Notes: generated by a model from the sequence alone, not told the origin. A stretch of 10,895 nt of DNA from Thermodesulfobacteriota bacterium (GCA_041572575.1 JBFFSH010000085.1:1-10895); one strand, 5' to 3'. Positions 1-8,796 are shown, counted from the first letter of the stretch. Numbers and translations: made by a program.

Positions 1-56
1 TAAATTAATAATAAAGTAATTTAAGCCATCTCTAACCCCTCCTTTACTATGGGTTT

Positions 57-95
57 AAAAAAAGGTTTCTGCTTGCTGGGTAGGAACCTTTTTTT
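57..95 (+). terminator. Rho-independent terminator
   Basis: The sequence is A7-GGTTTCTGC-(TTGCTGG)-GTAGGAACC-T7, a 9-bp stem that can extend to 11 bp, followed by a U7 tract. The stem needs G-U pairs that form only on the + strand transcript, so it is oriented +. Confidence 0.8.
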
Positions 96-143
96 GTATT
101 AAGACTTTAAAAATACAGTTTTGGTGTTGAAATTTAAATTTGG

Positions 144-152
144 TGTTATATT
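144..152 (+). promoter_or_regulatory. Possible extended -10 promoter for the small ORF
   Basis: TGtTATATT at 144-152 lies about 35 nt upstream of the TTG at 187. TTGAAA at 127-132 is only 14 nt from the -10, which is suboptimal spacing. The AT-rich context weakens the call. Confidence 0.3.
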
Positions 153-186
153 TTATTGATATACAAGCTTTTGGGAGTAAAAATAA

Positions 187-306
187 TTGAAGAAAACAAT
201 ACTAAAAACTTTAATAGTAGTTGGAATAGGGATCGGGATATTGATGGTTCCTTTTTTCATAGACAATGAGCCTCAGCTTATTGCTGAACAGATCACGGCG
301 AAATAG
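187..306 (+). CDS. Small single-pass membrane protein, 39 aa (MKKTILKTLIVVGIGIGILMVPFFIDNEPQLIAEQITAK), not in the ORF track
   Basis: GGGAG Shine-Dalgarno at 173-177, 9 nt before the TTG at 187, and a TAG stop at 304-306. The protein has a basic N-terminus, about 17 hydrophobic residues and a polar tail. Confidence 0.65.
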   Translation: MKKTILKTLIVVGIGIGILMVPFFIDNEPQLIAEQITAK

Positions 307-454
307 CATTACCTTTAAAGATATGCTTTTTTGCATAGTAGTTATTAACCGCAGCTTAGAAATATAATCAATTTACACACCAGTTTTATAGATATTTTTC
401 TCAACCACTATATATTCATAGTAAATAATCTAACCTTATTTACCCTATTGGAAA

Positions 455-3331
455 TTGAAGACTAACAAAGTTTCTTCACAGATTCATTTCAGAGATTTAG
501 TAAAGCGTACAAATTATGATCTGGATGATGAATCTTTATACTTTTTACTCCCTGATATTCCGGCAACGGTTCAGGCAGAACATGTATTTATAGAAAACGG
601 GGGTATTTGGGGTGACAGGCTTATCACTTTTGCAAAGCTTTCAGCAATTGTAAATCTTAATACTCCAAACCCACCAAATATTATTTCAAGAACAGCAAGG
701 CTTCTTTTAGCCGAACAAACTGTTTCTGAGATAGCGCAGAATCTTAAATATTATAAAGATATTGTTAATATAACAGAGTTTGCAGATTCAATACTTAGAA
801 TAATAGCAGAACTTAAGCACACCAATACAGGTCCTCATATACTGGATTCGATATCAAAGCAGACAGACTCTGATACATTATCATTTAAACTAGGCGATAT
901 TTGCATGATCTACAGCGCTTATGATAATAAGCTTAAATCGTTAAACTCAATAGATGATATAGATTCCCTTAGACTTCTAATTGAAAATGCTAACCCCAGT
1001 CTACTGTCTTCGAGTTTGCCTCAATTAAAAAAGCTTGTTGTTTTTGGATTCCACGAGTTTACAGATACTCAGCTTGATGTGCTAAAATGCCTTGATAACA
1101 ACAATATAGAAGTAGAGCTTTATGAATATGAAACAGGCAGCTCTACAGATCAAAAAGAGATAAGGCTCAGATCGTATGCTTCAAAAATTGCCGAATCGCA
1201 GTCTTGTTCAAAACATATCTGGTGGCTAATTAATAAAGAGAACGTGCCCCCATCCAATATCGCAGTGGTTTGTAAAGGGAGTTATGAAAACTCTCTAATA
1301 TTAAAAGAGGAATTTAAGAGAGTTGGATTGGAATATACCGAAAAAGCGAAAATTTCACTAAAGACAAGCCATATAGGAAAACTTATAGATTCCATTATAA
1401 GTCTCAAACTTTCTAATTTTTCAAAAGTTAGTCTTTTTGAACTACTTAGAAATCCTTACATTATTCATTTTTTCGGAAATGACTCTGAGTTTAATAGCTT
1501 CATAGCAGACTTAGAACTGTTGATGTTGAAAAAACGAATAACTGGGGGGCTTGAAAAATTATCAAAATGCGATGAAATTACAAATATAAATTCTTATTCA
1601 AGTTATTTTAACAACCTTTTTGTACTACTAGAAAAAATCAATAAAAGTTTTAATTCAAAAAAAGTCTCTGTTCTAAATGATAACCTTTTGTATTTGCTGC
1701 AGGAATTAGTGTTCGATCGGATGAAAGGCAACCAATTTGGTAAAACTGAATCAGAGAGAAATGCAGTTAATTCTACATTAAGCATCTTAAGCGAATTGAG
1801 GTACCTTGTACAAAGTTACAGTAGTAATAGAAGGGTAGAAAGGCTGGTAGATTATTCAAGTATTATATCCGATTTGCTCAGTGATAAAAACTATGCTCTA
1901 ACCTCTGCTCATGAGGAAAACAAGATAAAGATACTGGATTATCTAGAGGCCAGGGGGACAGTGTATGAGTATATATTTGCTCTGGGACTTTCAGAAAATA
2001 TTGTTCCAAATACCGATGTTTCTGATCCATTAATTAAAAATAATGAAAGATATTTCATAAATAACATTACTAAAAACAAAATATTTAAGTTAAATAACGA
2101 ACATATAGAGTCTGAAGAAAATTTGGTAAACATAGTACTCAGTGGCTCAAAACATGTGTTTGCAAGCTATGTGAGTCAGGACAACAAGGGCAGGGCCGTT
2201 CAGCCTTCTTATGTTCTGGATGGTTTCAAGATTGTAAAAGACGATATTGAGTCGGATAAAAAAATAATTACTGAACATGACAAATATAAGTATTTAATAT
2301 CCAGATTAGATAATGCACCCAATGCTTATCTCGAAAATGAAAACAGGTTTATAATTAATGGGATTGTTTCAGAAAAAACAAGAGATACTAAATTTGCAAA
2401 ACTTACAGAAAATGAAGGACTTGTTACCGATCTTGAATATCTGCAAAGCATAAACAAGTTTAGTGTTACCGAGCTTGAAACTTATGGCTCATGTCCTTTT
2501 AAATATTTTGCATCACAAATCTTAAAGCTAAAATACCCAGAAGAAATAGAAGACGACCCAAGACCGCTGGATAAGGGGTCAGTATACCATAAACTGTTAA
2601 ACATCATATTTATTGAGCTATCCAATATTTATGGCAGCAGGCTTGATTTGAGAAAGGTAAAAGATGAGCAAATATTATCAAAATTAAACGAAATATTAGA
2701 ATCTGCCGAGTTGGAAAAAGAATTTGACTGGCTTTCTGATTTTAAAAAACAGTTGAACATTAAAAGCATTTCACAGAGTGTAATGCCTGCGTTTATTATT
2801 TATGAAGCCGGTAGAATTAGGGAACACAATAACGAGGGATTTTTCCCTGTGGAGTATGAAAAAGAGCTATCTCTGCAAATAGATGATAAGACTGTGGAAG
2901 GCAAAGCAGACAGGGTTGATTTGTCTTCCGACAAGGCTTATGTAATCGACTATAAACTTAGTAACGTTAAAAACAAAAAATTCTGTGATTATAATAATCT
3001 GCAGCTTCCACTATATCTAAACGCATTGGGCTCCAATGGAATTGGAAAGCAGGGCGCGTATTACAGGTCTACTGAAAGACCGGGTGAAGAGAAAGGTAAA
3101 AATGAAAACAGTAAAGACTATGAAAAAGATTTAGAGGTATCTATAGAGTTTGCAAGACTCTATATGCAAAATATACAAAACGGAATTTTCCCTGCGGCTC
3201 CCAGGCAAAAAGACTTGGACTTTTTTGAATTTCCGATCCAGCTTACAAAACAAACAGGCCCCCCATGCAGCTTCTGTGAGTATAACGATTTGTGCAGGGC
3301 AAAGGGTGCAGTACTTAGGACTACAAATTAA
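455..3331 (+). CDS. addB: AddB/RexB-like subunit: inactive helicase-like body plus a C-terminal PD-(D/E)XK nuclease with an Fe-S cluster motif
   Basis: 958-aa ORF directly upstream of a UvrD-family helicase-nuclease. Degenerate helicase motifs: VFGFHEFT, EARGTVYEYIFALGLSE. Nuclease motifs: FSVTELETYGSCPFKYF, GSVYHKLL, GKADRVD, VIDYK, QLPLY. Four Cys ligands (CPF plus CxxCx5C). No N-terminal Walker A is visible. The TTG start has no clear SD, so the exact start is uncertain. Confidence 0.88.
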   Translation: MKTNKVSSQIHFRDLVKRTNYDLDDESLYFLLPDIPATVQAEHVFIENGGIWGDRLITFAKLSAIVNLNTPNPPNIISRTARLLLAEQTVSEIAQNLKYYKDIVNITEFADSILRIIAELKHTNTGPHILDSISKQTDSDTLSFKLGDICMIYSAYDNKLKSLNSIDDIDSLRLLIENANPSLLSSSLPQLKKLVVFGFHEFTDTQLDVLKCLDNNNIEVELYEYETGSSTDQKEIRLRSYASKIAESQSCSKHIWWLINKENVPPSNIAVVCKGSYENSLILKEEFKRVGLEYTEKAKISLKTSHIGKLIDSIISLKLSNFSKVSLFELLRNPYIIHFFGNDSEFNSFIADLELLMLKKRITGGLEKLSKCDEITNINSYSSYFNNLFVLLEKINKSFNSKKVSVLNDNLLYLLQELVFDRMKGNQFGKTESERNAVNSTLSILSELRYLVQSYSSNRRVERLVDYSSIISDLLSDKNYALTSAHEENKIKILDYLEARGTVYEYIFALGLSENIVPNTDVSDPLIKNNERYFINNITKNKIFKLNNEHIESEENLVNIVLSGSKHVFASYVSQDNKGRAVQPSYVLDGFKIVKDDIESDKKIITEHDKYKYLISRLDNAPNAYLENENRFIINGIVSEKTRDTKFAKLTENEGLVTDLEYLQSINKFSVTELETYGSCPFKYFASQILKLKYPEEIEDDPRPLDKGSVYHKLLNIIFIELSNIYGSRLDLRKVKDEQILSKLNEILESAELEKEFDWLSDFKKQLNIKSISQSVMPAFIIYEAGRIREHNNEGFFPVEYEKELSLQIDDKTVEGKADRVDLSSDKAYVIDYKLSNVKNKKFCDYNNLQLPLYLNALGSNGIGKQGAYYRSTERPGEEKGKNENSKDYEKDLEVSIEFARLYMQNIQNGIFPAAPRQKDLDFFEFPIQLTKQTGPPCSFCEYNDLCRAKGAVLRTTN

Positions 3332-3337
3332 CCAGTT

Positions 3338-6300
3338 ATGAAAAGAATCTCACAACTACTCTCATTAAACACTCAGCAGCAAAAGCTCATAGATATAGAT
3401 AAGCCTTATGTAGTTCAGGCTGGGGCAGGATCGGGAAAGACAAGAGTGCTTGTATCCAGATATCTTCAGATTCTGGAATCTGGAGCTAATGCGAACGAAA
3501 TAGTGGCTATCACTTTTACTATAAATGCTGCAAGTGAAATGAAGGAGAGGATAAGAAAATATATAAGAGAGTACATTGATAACTTTGGAGAAACTAAAAG
3601 CATAAATTATAACTGCTTTAAAGATATTGCAGATAGTCCTATCTCTACTATCCATGGTTTTGCTGCAGCGATAATAAGGGAAAACCCCTATGAGTGTAAT
3701 CTGGGCTCAAGGATAAAAATATTAGAAGGACTTGATAGAAAACTATTTGTCCAGGAGTCGGTAGATGAGTTTTTAATTAACAAATCACAAAAGGATAAAA
3801 ACGCTACGGAAATATTTAAAAATGAAAATTACAATTACGCTTCAGTTAAAAACAAATTAATAGAAATACTGGAATTAACTTTCAGACATCATATAAACAT
3901 TTATGACCTTAAAGCCGATGATAAGGATTTAAAAGCTAAGATTGATAAGCTTTACAAAAAACTATCAAGTGAAATAAAACTGGGGCCTTATGGATCAGAG
4001 AATAATAAAATAAACACTAAGTTAAAAGAGTTTCATGCCTTTATAAATGATCTTGGTAACTGCGAACTTAGAATAGATAAAATTAAAAAACTGAGTAAAG
4101 CTTGCCAATTGCTTTCAAATACAGCAAGTCCAAAAGGAATACTGCAGCTTAATAATTCAAATGATTTAGAAAGACATTTTGCCGCTAATTGCGCTGAAAT
4201 AATAAACCAGATTATTAATCTGATGGAGCTTAGTAATAGCAGAAGCTATATGGATCTGTTTTTAAAATTTTATGAGTTTTATAAAGAAAAGAAAAGATTA
4301 ATCGGGTATTTGGAGTTTGATGACCTTCTTCGTATTTGTCTAAATCTTCTTAAAAATAATCCGGATATATTACAGGAATATCAAAACAGGTTCAGGTACT
4401 TTCTTGTAGATGAATTTCAGGATACAGATGATTTGCAGTATGAGTTGATTAATCTGTTTTCAAGCTCTAATCATTTTATCGTAGGCGATCCCAAACAGTC
4501 AATATTTGGTTTTAGAGGAGCAAGCCCTGAGATATTTAAAAAACTGCAAAAAAACTCTGACAATTCATCATTAACCTATAATTACAGATCAGATTACAGA
4601 CTCATAGCTTTTTATAATGAGCTGTTTAAAGTAATTATTAAAGAATCCTATCAGAAAATGGAAGTAGAATCAGAGGGTAGTACAGCCTCTGCCAGAGTTA
4701 AGGAGATTCTTTACACCAATGTAAGTAAAGATGAGACTAGGGTTCTTGTAGAATCTGCAAGCATATCTAGAAAAGTTGCTGAACTTCTGGCACAAGGTTA
4801 TAAATGCAAAGATATAGCTATATTGCTCAGGTCAAAATCACACATATCAAGTTTTGAATCTGCTCTTTGCGAGGCTTCTATCCCATACTACAGCTCAGAG
4901 CAGGCAGGATTTTACAGATATTCAGAAATTAGAGATATAGTCTGTATGCTAAAATATATTAATAACAAAAACGATAGAATATCCGAGGCTTCTGTTCTTA
5001 GATCAACTTTTGCGGGGGTTAGTGATACCGAGCTTTTTAATTATTATGTAAAAGACAAGCCATCGGAGTTAATCACAGACTACCTGAAATTTGTCTCACA
5101 ACTAAGGGATGAATCTGCTGTCCTAAGACCCGTAGAATTACTAACTCGCATATTAAATAAGACCAGATTTTGGGAGGCAATGCTTGCTCTTGCTGACGGA
5201 AAGAGAAAGTATGATTCAATCACCAAGCTGGTAGAACTATTCTCACAGCTTGAAAATCAGGGAAAGAGCCTCACTGAAATAATACATTTTCTGGACTTAA
5301 ACTACGAAGAAAACACAGAGGGTCTATCTCAGCAGGAATTGGATGAATCTGACACTGTTAAAATTCTTACGGTGCATAAGGCAAAGGGGCTTGAGTTTGC
5401 TGTTGTAATACTTGCAGATATTAATCATGGCATGGGTGGAGGCTCTGAAACAGTGAGCTTTTCAAAAAAGGATGGAGTGATCGTAAGAAATACAGGCATA
5501 AAATCAAAGTTATGGAAAGAGATAGAAGAGGAGCAAAAGAAAAACACATATGAAGAGGAAAAACGCTCGCTCTATGTTGCAATCACAAGAGCAAAGGAAA
5601 AACTGATATTGTCGGTATGTCCTGACTCACGATTAAACAAGGGGTCGTATATGGATATATTAAACTCCGTACTGTCACTAACCAAAATTGAAAAGGATGA
5701 CAAAATATTAAATTTTAAAAATTTCAAGATTCCCGTAGTTCGAGCATCAGAGGCCATTTATACTATCCCTGTCGTTAATGATGATGAGAAAGAAATCATA
5801 TATGAGCCTGAGCTACCTATAATATATGAAATAGATGTAGCGGTAAACGACGAAACTTTGAATGAAATAGACCCGCCCGATCTGAGCATAAAACTAAACA
5901 ACATACAGATTGGTTCAGTCATGCACAGGTACCTGCAGATCTGGAATTATTCTCAGCATAGTATAAAGAGCACAATAAATTATGTACTAAACGAATATTT
6001 TATCCTTGACTCTAAGATGGAGGAGCTGTTGATCCAATTATCTGATAATTATTTGAATTCGGATTTGTTTGCTCAGATTAAAGAAGCAGAAGAAATAAAA
6101 AGGGAGTTTCCATTTTATATTGAACTTGATGGAAAGCATGAAAGAAGAAAGATTGATCTGCTGGTTTTTAAAGACGACAATATATTTCTTTATGATTATA
6201 AGCTCTCTTCGGAGGTTAAGCCCGAACACATAGATCAGATGGATTTATATGAAAAAGCTTTAATAAATAAATATAATTGTAATAATATATCTAAAAATCT

Positions 6301-6340
6301 GGTTCATGTACCTGATGTGATTATTAAAAATCTAAACTAG
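3338..6340 (+). CDS. addA: AddA/RexA-like UvrD-family ATP-dependent helicase with a C-terminal RecB-type nuclease
   Basis: Helicase motifs: Walker A AGAGSGKT, AITFTINAASEMKERI, STIHGF, Walker B VDEFQDT, VGDPKQSIFGFRGA, NYRS, LTVHKAKGLEF, YVAITRAKE. C-terminal nuclease motifs: GSVMH, REFPF, IDLL, YDYK, QMDLY. Confidence 0.92.
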   Translation: MKRISQLLSLNTQQQKLIDIDKPYVVQAGAGSGKTRVLVSRYLQILESGANANEIVAITFTINAASEMKERIRKYIREYIDNFGETKSINYNCFKDIADSPISTIHGFAAAIIRENPYECNLGSRIKILEGLDRKLFVQESVDEFLINKSQKDKNATEIFKNENYNYASVKNKLIEILELTFRHHINIYDLKADDKDLKAKIDKLYKKLSSEIKLGPYGSENNKINTKLKEFHAFINDLGNCELRIDKIKKLSKACQLLSNTASPKGILQLNNSNDLERHFAANCAEIINQIINLMELSNSRSYMDLFLKFYEFYKEKKRLIGYLEFDDLLRICLNLLKNNPDILQEYQNRFRYFLVDEFQDTDDLQYELINLFSSSNHFIVGDPKQSIFGFRGASPEIFKKLQKNSDNSSLTYNYRSDYRLIAFYNELFKVIIKESYQKMEVESEGSTASARVKEILYTNVSKDETRVLVESASISRKVAELLAQGYKCKDIAILLRSKSHISSFESALCEASIPYYSSEQAGFYRYSEIRDIVCMLKYINNKNDRISEASVLRSTFAGVSDTELFNYYVKDKPSELITDYLKFVSQLRDESAVLRPVELLTRILNKTRFWEAMLALADGKRKYDSITKLVELFSQLENQGKSLTEIIHFLDLNYEENTEGLSQQELDESDTVKILTVHKAKGLEFAVVILADINHGMGGGSETVSFSKKDGVIVRNTGIKSKLWKEIEEEQKKNTYEEEKRSLYVAITRAKEKLILSVCPDSRLNKGSYMDILNSVLSLTKIEKDDKILNFKNFKIPVVRASEAIYTIPVVNDDEKEIIYEPELPIIYEIDVAVNDETLNEIDPPDLSIKLNNIQIGSVMHRYLQIWNYSQHSIKSTINYVLNEYFILDSKMEELLIQLSDNYLNSDLFAQIKEAEEIKREFPFYIELDGKHERRKIDLLVFKDDNIFLYDYKLSSEVKPEHIDQMDLYEKALINKYNCNNISKNLVHVPDVIIKNLN

Positions 6341-6350
6341 GCAAAGATTT

Positions 6351-7628
6351 ATGGAACATATCCAAAAATATTTAGACTATTTCAATAACATAGATTATGC
6401 ACAAAAAAGTGTTGATTTTGGTGCTGAAATTGGCTTATTTATCGGAATCTGCGTTCTAGCGTATATAGCAAATTATGTAGCAAAGAATTTTATATTAAGA
6501 GCAGTTGAGGGTTTAATTAGAAAGAGTAAGACAGACTGGGACGACATACTTGTAGAAAGAAAGGTTTTGAGAAGGCTCTCTCATATTGCTCCGGCGCTGA
6601 TATTTTATTTCCTTGTGCCTCTGCTATTTAAGGGAAATGAGTCTGTAAAAATCTTAACGCAAAGGCTTGCATCGATATATATGCTTGGATGCGGACTTCT
6701 TACTGTAGACGCGTGCCTCTCTGCTGTTCAGGATATATTCGGCAAATTCCAGATTTCAAAACAAATCCCGACAAGCATATTTATTCAGGTTATAAAAATT
6801 CTTCTGTATCTGCTGGCAGCTGTAATTGTAATTTCAATACTAATAGGTAAGTCCCCCGCATTTCTGATCGGAAGCCTCGGTGCTGTTACGGCGATCCTGA
6901 TGCTTGTGTTCAAAGATCCCATACTCAGCTTTGCTGCCGGTATTCAGCTTTCCAGCAACAAGATGGTACAGGTGGGCGACTGGATAGAGATGCCAAAGCA
7001 CGGGGTAGACGGTGATGTTATTGAATTATCTCTTACGACTGTGAAAGTCCAAAATTTTGATAAAACTATTGTTACTGTACCTCCCTATGCACTTGTAACA
7101 GAATCATTTAAAAACTGGCGGGGGATGAGTGAATCCGGCGTAAGAAGAATTAAAAGAGCGATTAATGTTGATATTTCTTCTGTTACTTTTTGCTCAGAGC
7201 AGATGATAGAAAGATTTAAGAAAATACAATATATATCAGGCTATGTAGATGAAAAAAGGACTGAACTTACAGAATATAATAAAAAACAGAACATTTATGA
7301 TACTGACCTTGCTAATGGACGGAGAATGACCAACATTGGCACTTTCAGGGCATATATTGTTTCTTACTTAAAGGAACACCCCAAGATTTCTAAGAACCAT
7401 ACTCTTCTCGTAAGGCAGCTTGATCCCGGCCCAACCGGAATTCCAATTGAGATATATGTATTTACGACCGATAATAACTGGGTCAACTATGAGGGAATAC
7501 AAAGTGACATCTTTGATCATATCCTTGCAATAGTCCCCGAATTCGGTCTAAAAGTATTCCAGAACCCAGCCGGAAGCGATTTTAAGGCTATAGCAAACAC
7601 AGATAAAGAAATAAATAAACACTCATAA
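6351..7628 (+). CDS. ybdG: Mechanosensitive ion channel, MscS family (YbdG/MscM-like)
   Basis: Several N-terminal TM helices, then motifs typical of the YbdG subfamily: LGAVTAILMLVFKDPILSFAAGIQL, VGDWIEMPKHGVDGDV, TTVKVQNFDKTI, SFKNWRGMSESGVRRIKR, TNIGTFRAY, YEGIQSDIFDH, FQNP. Confidence 0.92.
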   Translation: MEHIQKYLDYFNNIDYAQKSVDFGAEIGLFIGICVLAYIANYVAKNFILRAVEGLIRKSKTDWDDILVERKVLRRLSHIAPALIFYFLVPLLFKGNESVKILTQRLASIYMLGCGLLTVDACLSAVQDIFGKFQISKQIPTSIFIQVIKILLYLLAAVIVISILIGKSPAFLIGSLGAVTAILMLVFKDPILSFAAGIQLSSNKMVQVGDWIEMPKHGVDGDVIELSLTTVKVQNFDKTIVTVPPYALVTESFKNWRGMSESGVRRIKRAINVDISSVTFCSEQMIERFKKIQYISGYVDEKRTELTEYNKKQNIYDTDLANGRRMTNIGTFRAYIVSYLKEHPKISKNHTLLVRQLDPGPTGIPIEIYVFTTDNNWVNYEGIQSDIFDHILAIVPEFGLKVFQNPAGSDFKAIANTDKEINKHS

Positions 7629-7638
7629 AAATTACTTA

Positions 7639-7667
7639 TTGCAAAAACCCCTAAAATTTGATAAGTT
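7639..7667 (+). promoter_or_regulatory. Sigma70-type promoter for the FHA gene
   Basis: TTGCAA (7639-7644), a 17-nt spacer, then TAAGTT (7662-7667) with an extended -10 TG at 7659-7660. Confidence 0.5.
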
Positions 7668-7810
7668 TTATAGGAAGGTAGCTTTAAATCTTTTGTTTTT
7701 TTGCTATTGAGTACAGAGGTTTAAGTGTAAGAGTTAAAAATGAATGTTAAATAAGGATAGGGGCTATTCTTTATCATTCTTAAATACAGTTAATTTATAG
7801 GTGGATAATT

Positions 7811-8518
7811 ATGTCAGATTATTTAGACAGTCAAATAATATCAGCAACAATAACGCTGGATTCTAAAATAGTTGAAAAATTTGTATTAAAACCTGATATC
7901 ACTGCTGTCGGAAGGGCAAAGGACAATGATATTGTAATAGATAATCCATCAGTTTCCCGATACCACCTGTTTATCCAGAAAAAAGATGGCAAGGTGAAAT
8001 TAAAAGACCTCGGAAGCGGCAACGGCACCTATGTAAACGGGGTGAAGGTAGAAGAGGCAATAATTAAACCAGATGACCTGATTCTTATAGGAAAATTCAT
8101 ATTAAAGATTGAAGTTGATCATGATGATACACTTAGAAAACAGGAGCAGTATGCGGACAGGCACGACGGCACTGTTATTTACGATACCGGTGCGCAGGAC
8201 AAATATGTAAGCAATGTAAAACACAAAGCCCAGTCTCAGGGAGCAATGCTCAGGATGCTTGGAGGAGAAGAGGTGCTTTTGGATAAAAACGTTTTTACCA
8301 TCGGTAAGGGTGCAGATGCCGATATTGAGATAAAAGGGCTCTTTACAAGCGAACACCAGGCAAAGATAGTAAGACTTGAAGACGGCACATTCAGAATCTT
8401 TAATATGGGCAATTTCCTAAATCCCACCAAGGTAAACGGAAGGCCTGTTACAGATCAGCTTTTACATGATTATGATGTGATTGAAGCTGGGACGTCTAAA
8501 TTTATTTTTTTGGATTAA
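7811..8518 (+). CDS. Protein with two FHA domains
   Basis: FHA1 is canonical (VGR...VSRYH...DLGSGNGTYVNG). FHA2 is degenerate (IGK...TSEHQA...NPTKVNG...LHDYDVIEAG). SD-like AGGTGG at 7799-7805 region upstream of the ATG. Confidence 0.9.
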   Translation: MSDYLDSQIISATITLDSKIVEKFVLKPDITAVGRAKDNDIVIDNPSVSRYHLFIQKKDGKVKLKDLGSGNGTYVNGVKVEEAIIKPDDLILIGKFILKIEVDHDDTLRKQEQYADRHDGTVIYDTGAQDKYVSNVKHKAQSQGAMLRMLGGEEVLLDKNVFTIGKGADADIEIKGLFTSEHQAKIVRLEDGTFRIFNMGNFLNPTKVNGRPVTDQLLHDYDVIEAGTSKFIFLD

Positions 8519-8595
8519 TAGCTTATATTTCCAAAAATTCTCCTCTGCTGATATTTAACTTCACACGGGTAATTTGAACCTGATAATAATACTGC

Positions 8596-8624
8596 TTGCA
8601 TTCATAATCTAAAAGTCCTATACT
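8596..8624 (+). promoter_or_regulatory. Sigma70-type promoter for the riboswitch-containing transcript
   Basis: TTGCAT (8596-8601), exactly 17 nt, then TATACT (8619-8624). The predicted start site near 8631 lies about 12 nt before the aptamer. Confidence 0.7.
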
Positions 8625-8642
8625 GGTATTGTTAGTTTTTAC

Positions 8643-8738
8643 TCCGAAAAGGCACACCGTGTGAAAATACGGGTCGCAAAGTCAATACCTAAGGGGGCCG
8701 GTAAGTAATTGAGCCCCTATGGCCGAATGGCTGCCGAA
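8643..8738 (+). ncRNA. Cyclic di-GMP-I (GEMM) riboswitch aptamer
   Basis: Elements in order: CCGAAAAGGCACACC; P2 hairpin CCGTGT-GAAA-ATACGG; GTCGCAAAG junction; P3 with a canonical 11-nt GAAA-tetraloop receptor, CCTAAG (8688-8693) / TATGG (8718-8722), capped by a GGGGC/GCCCC stem; and a 3' GGCTGCCGAA. This matches the known c-di-GMP-I architecture and lies between a promoter and an RBS. Confidence 0.93.
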
Positions 8739-8796
8739 GAATGTTCATTTATTTACAGGTTTAAACAGTAGAATTGTTTACCATAGGGGGTAAAAC

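Noticed and set aside
36..45. CCTCCTTT as the 3' end of a 16S rRNA
   Set aside because: The conserved preceding GGATCA and helix 45 sequence are absent, and the flank is very AT-rich.
1603..6229. Short - strand ORFs (1603-1785, 1939-2133, 3365-3655, 5572-5757, 6038-6229) and the + strand ORF 3150-3341
   Set aside because: They lie within or across the well-supported addB and addA genes and show no recognisable motifs, so they are shadow ORFs.
455..6340. Cas4/CRISPR or anti-phage helicase-nuclease system
   Set aside because: The Cas4-like Fe-S nuclease is the C-terminus of a long AddB-like protein paired with AddA. I saw no CRISPR repeats or cas genes, so housekeeping recombination repair explains it.
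7753..7771. Hairpin AAGGATAG-GGG-CTATTCTT in the FHA gene leader
   Set aside because: It is a weak AT-rich stem with no convincing U-tract or recognisable RNA motif.
7831..8430. Three - strand ORFs inside the FHA gene
   Set aside because: They are antisense shadows of a clearly coding + strand gene.
8643..8738. 3',3'-cGAMP (GEMM-Ib) specificity
   Set aside because: The discriminating position-20 equivalent is G rather than A, so c-di-GMP is favoured, although this needs experimental confirmation.
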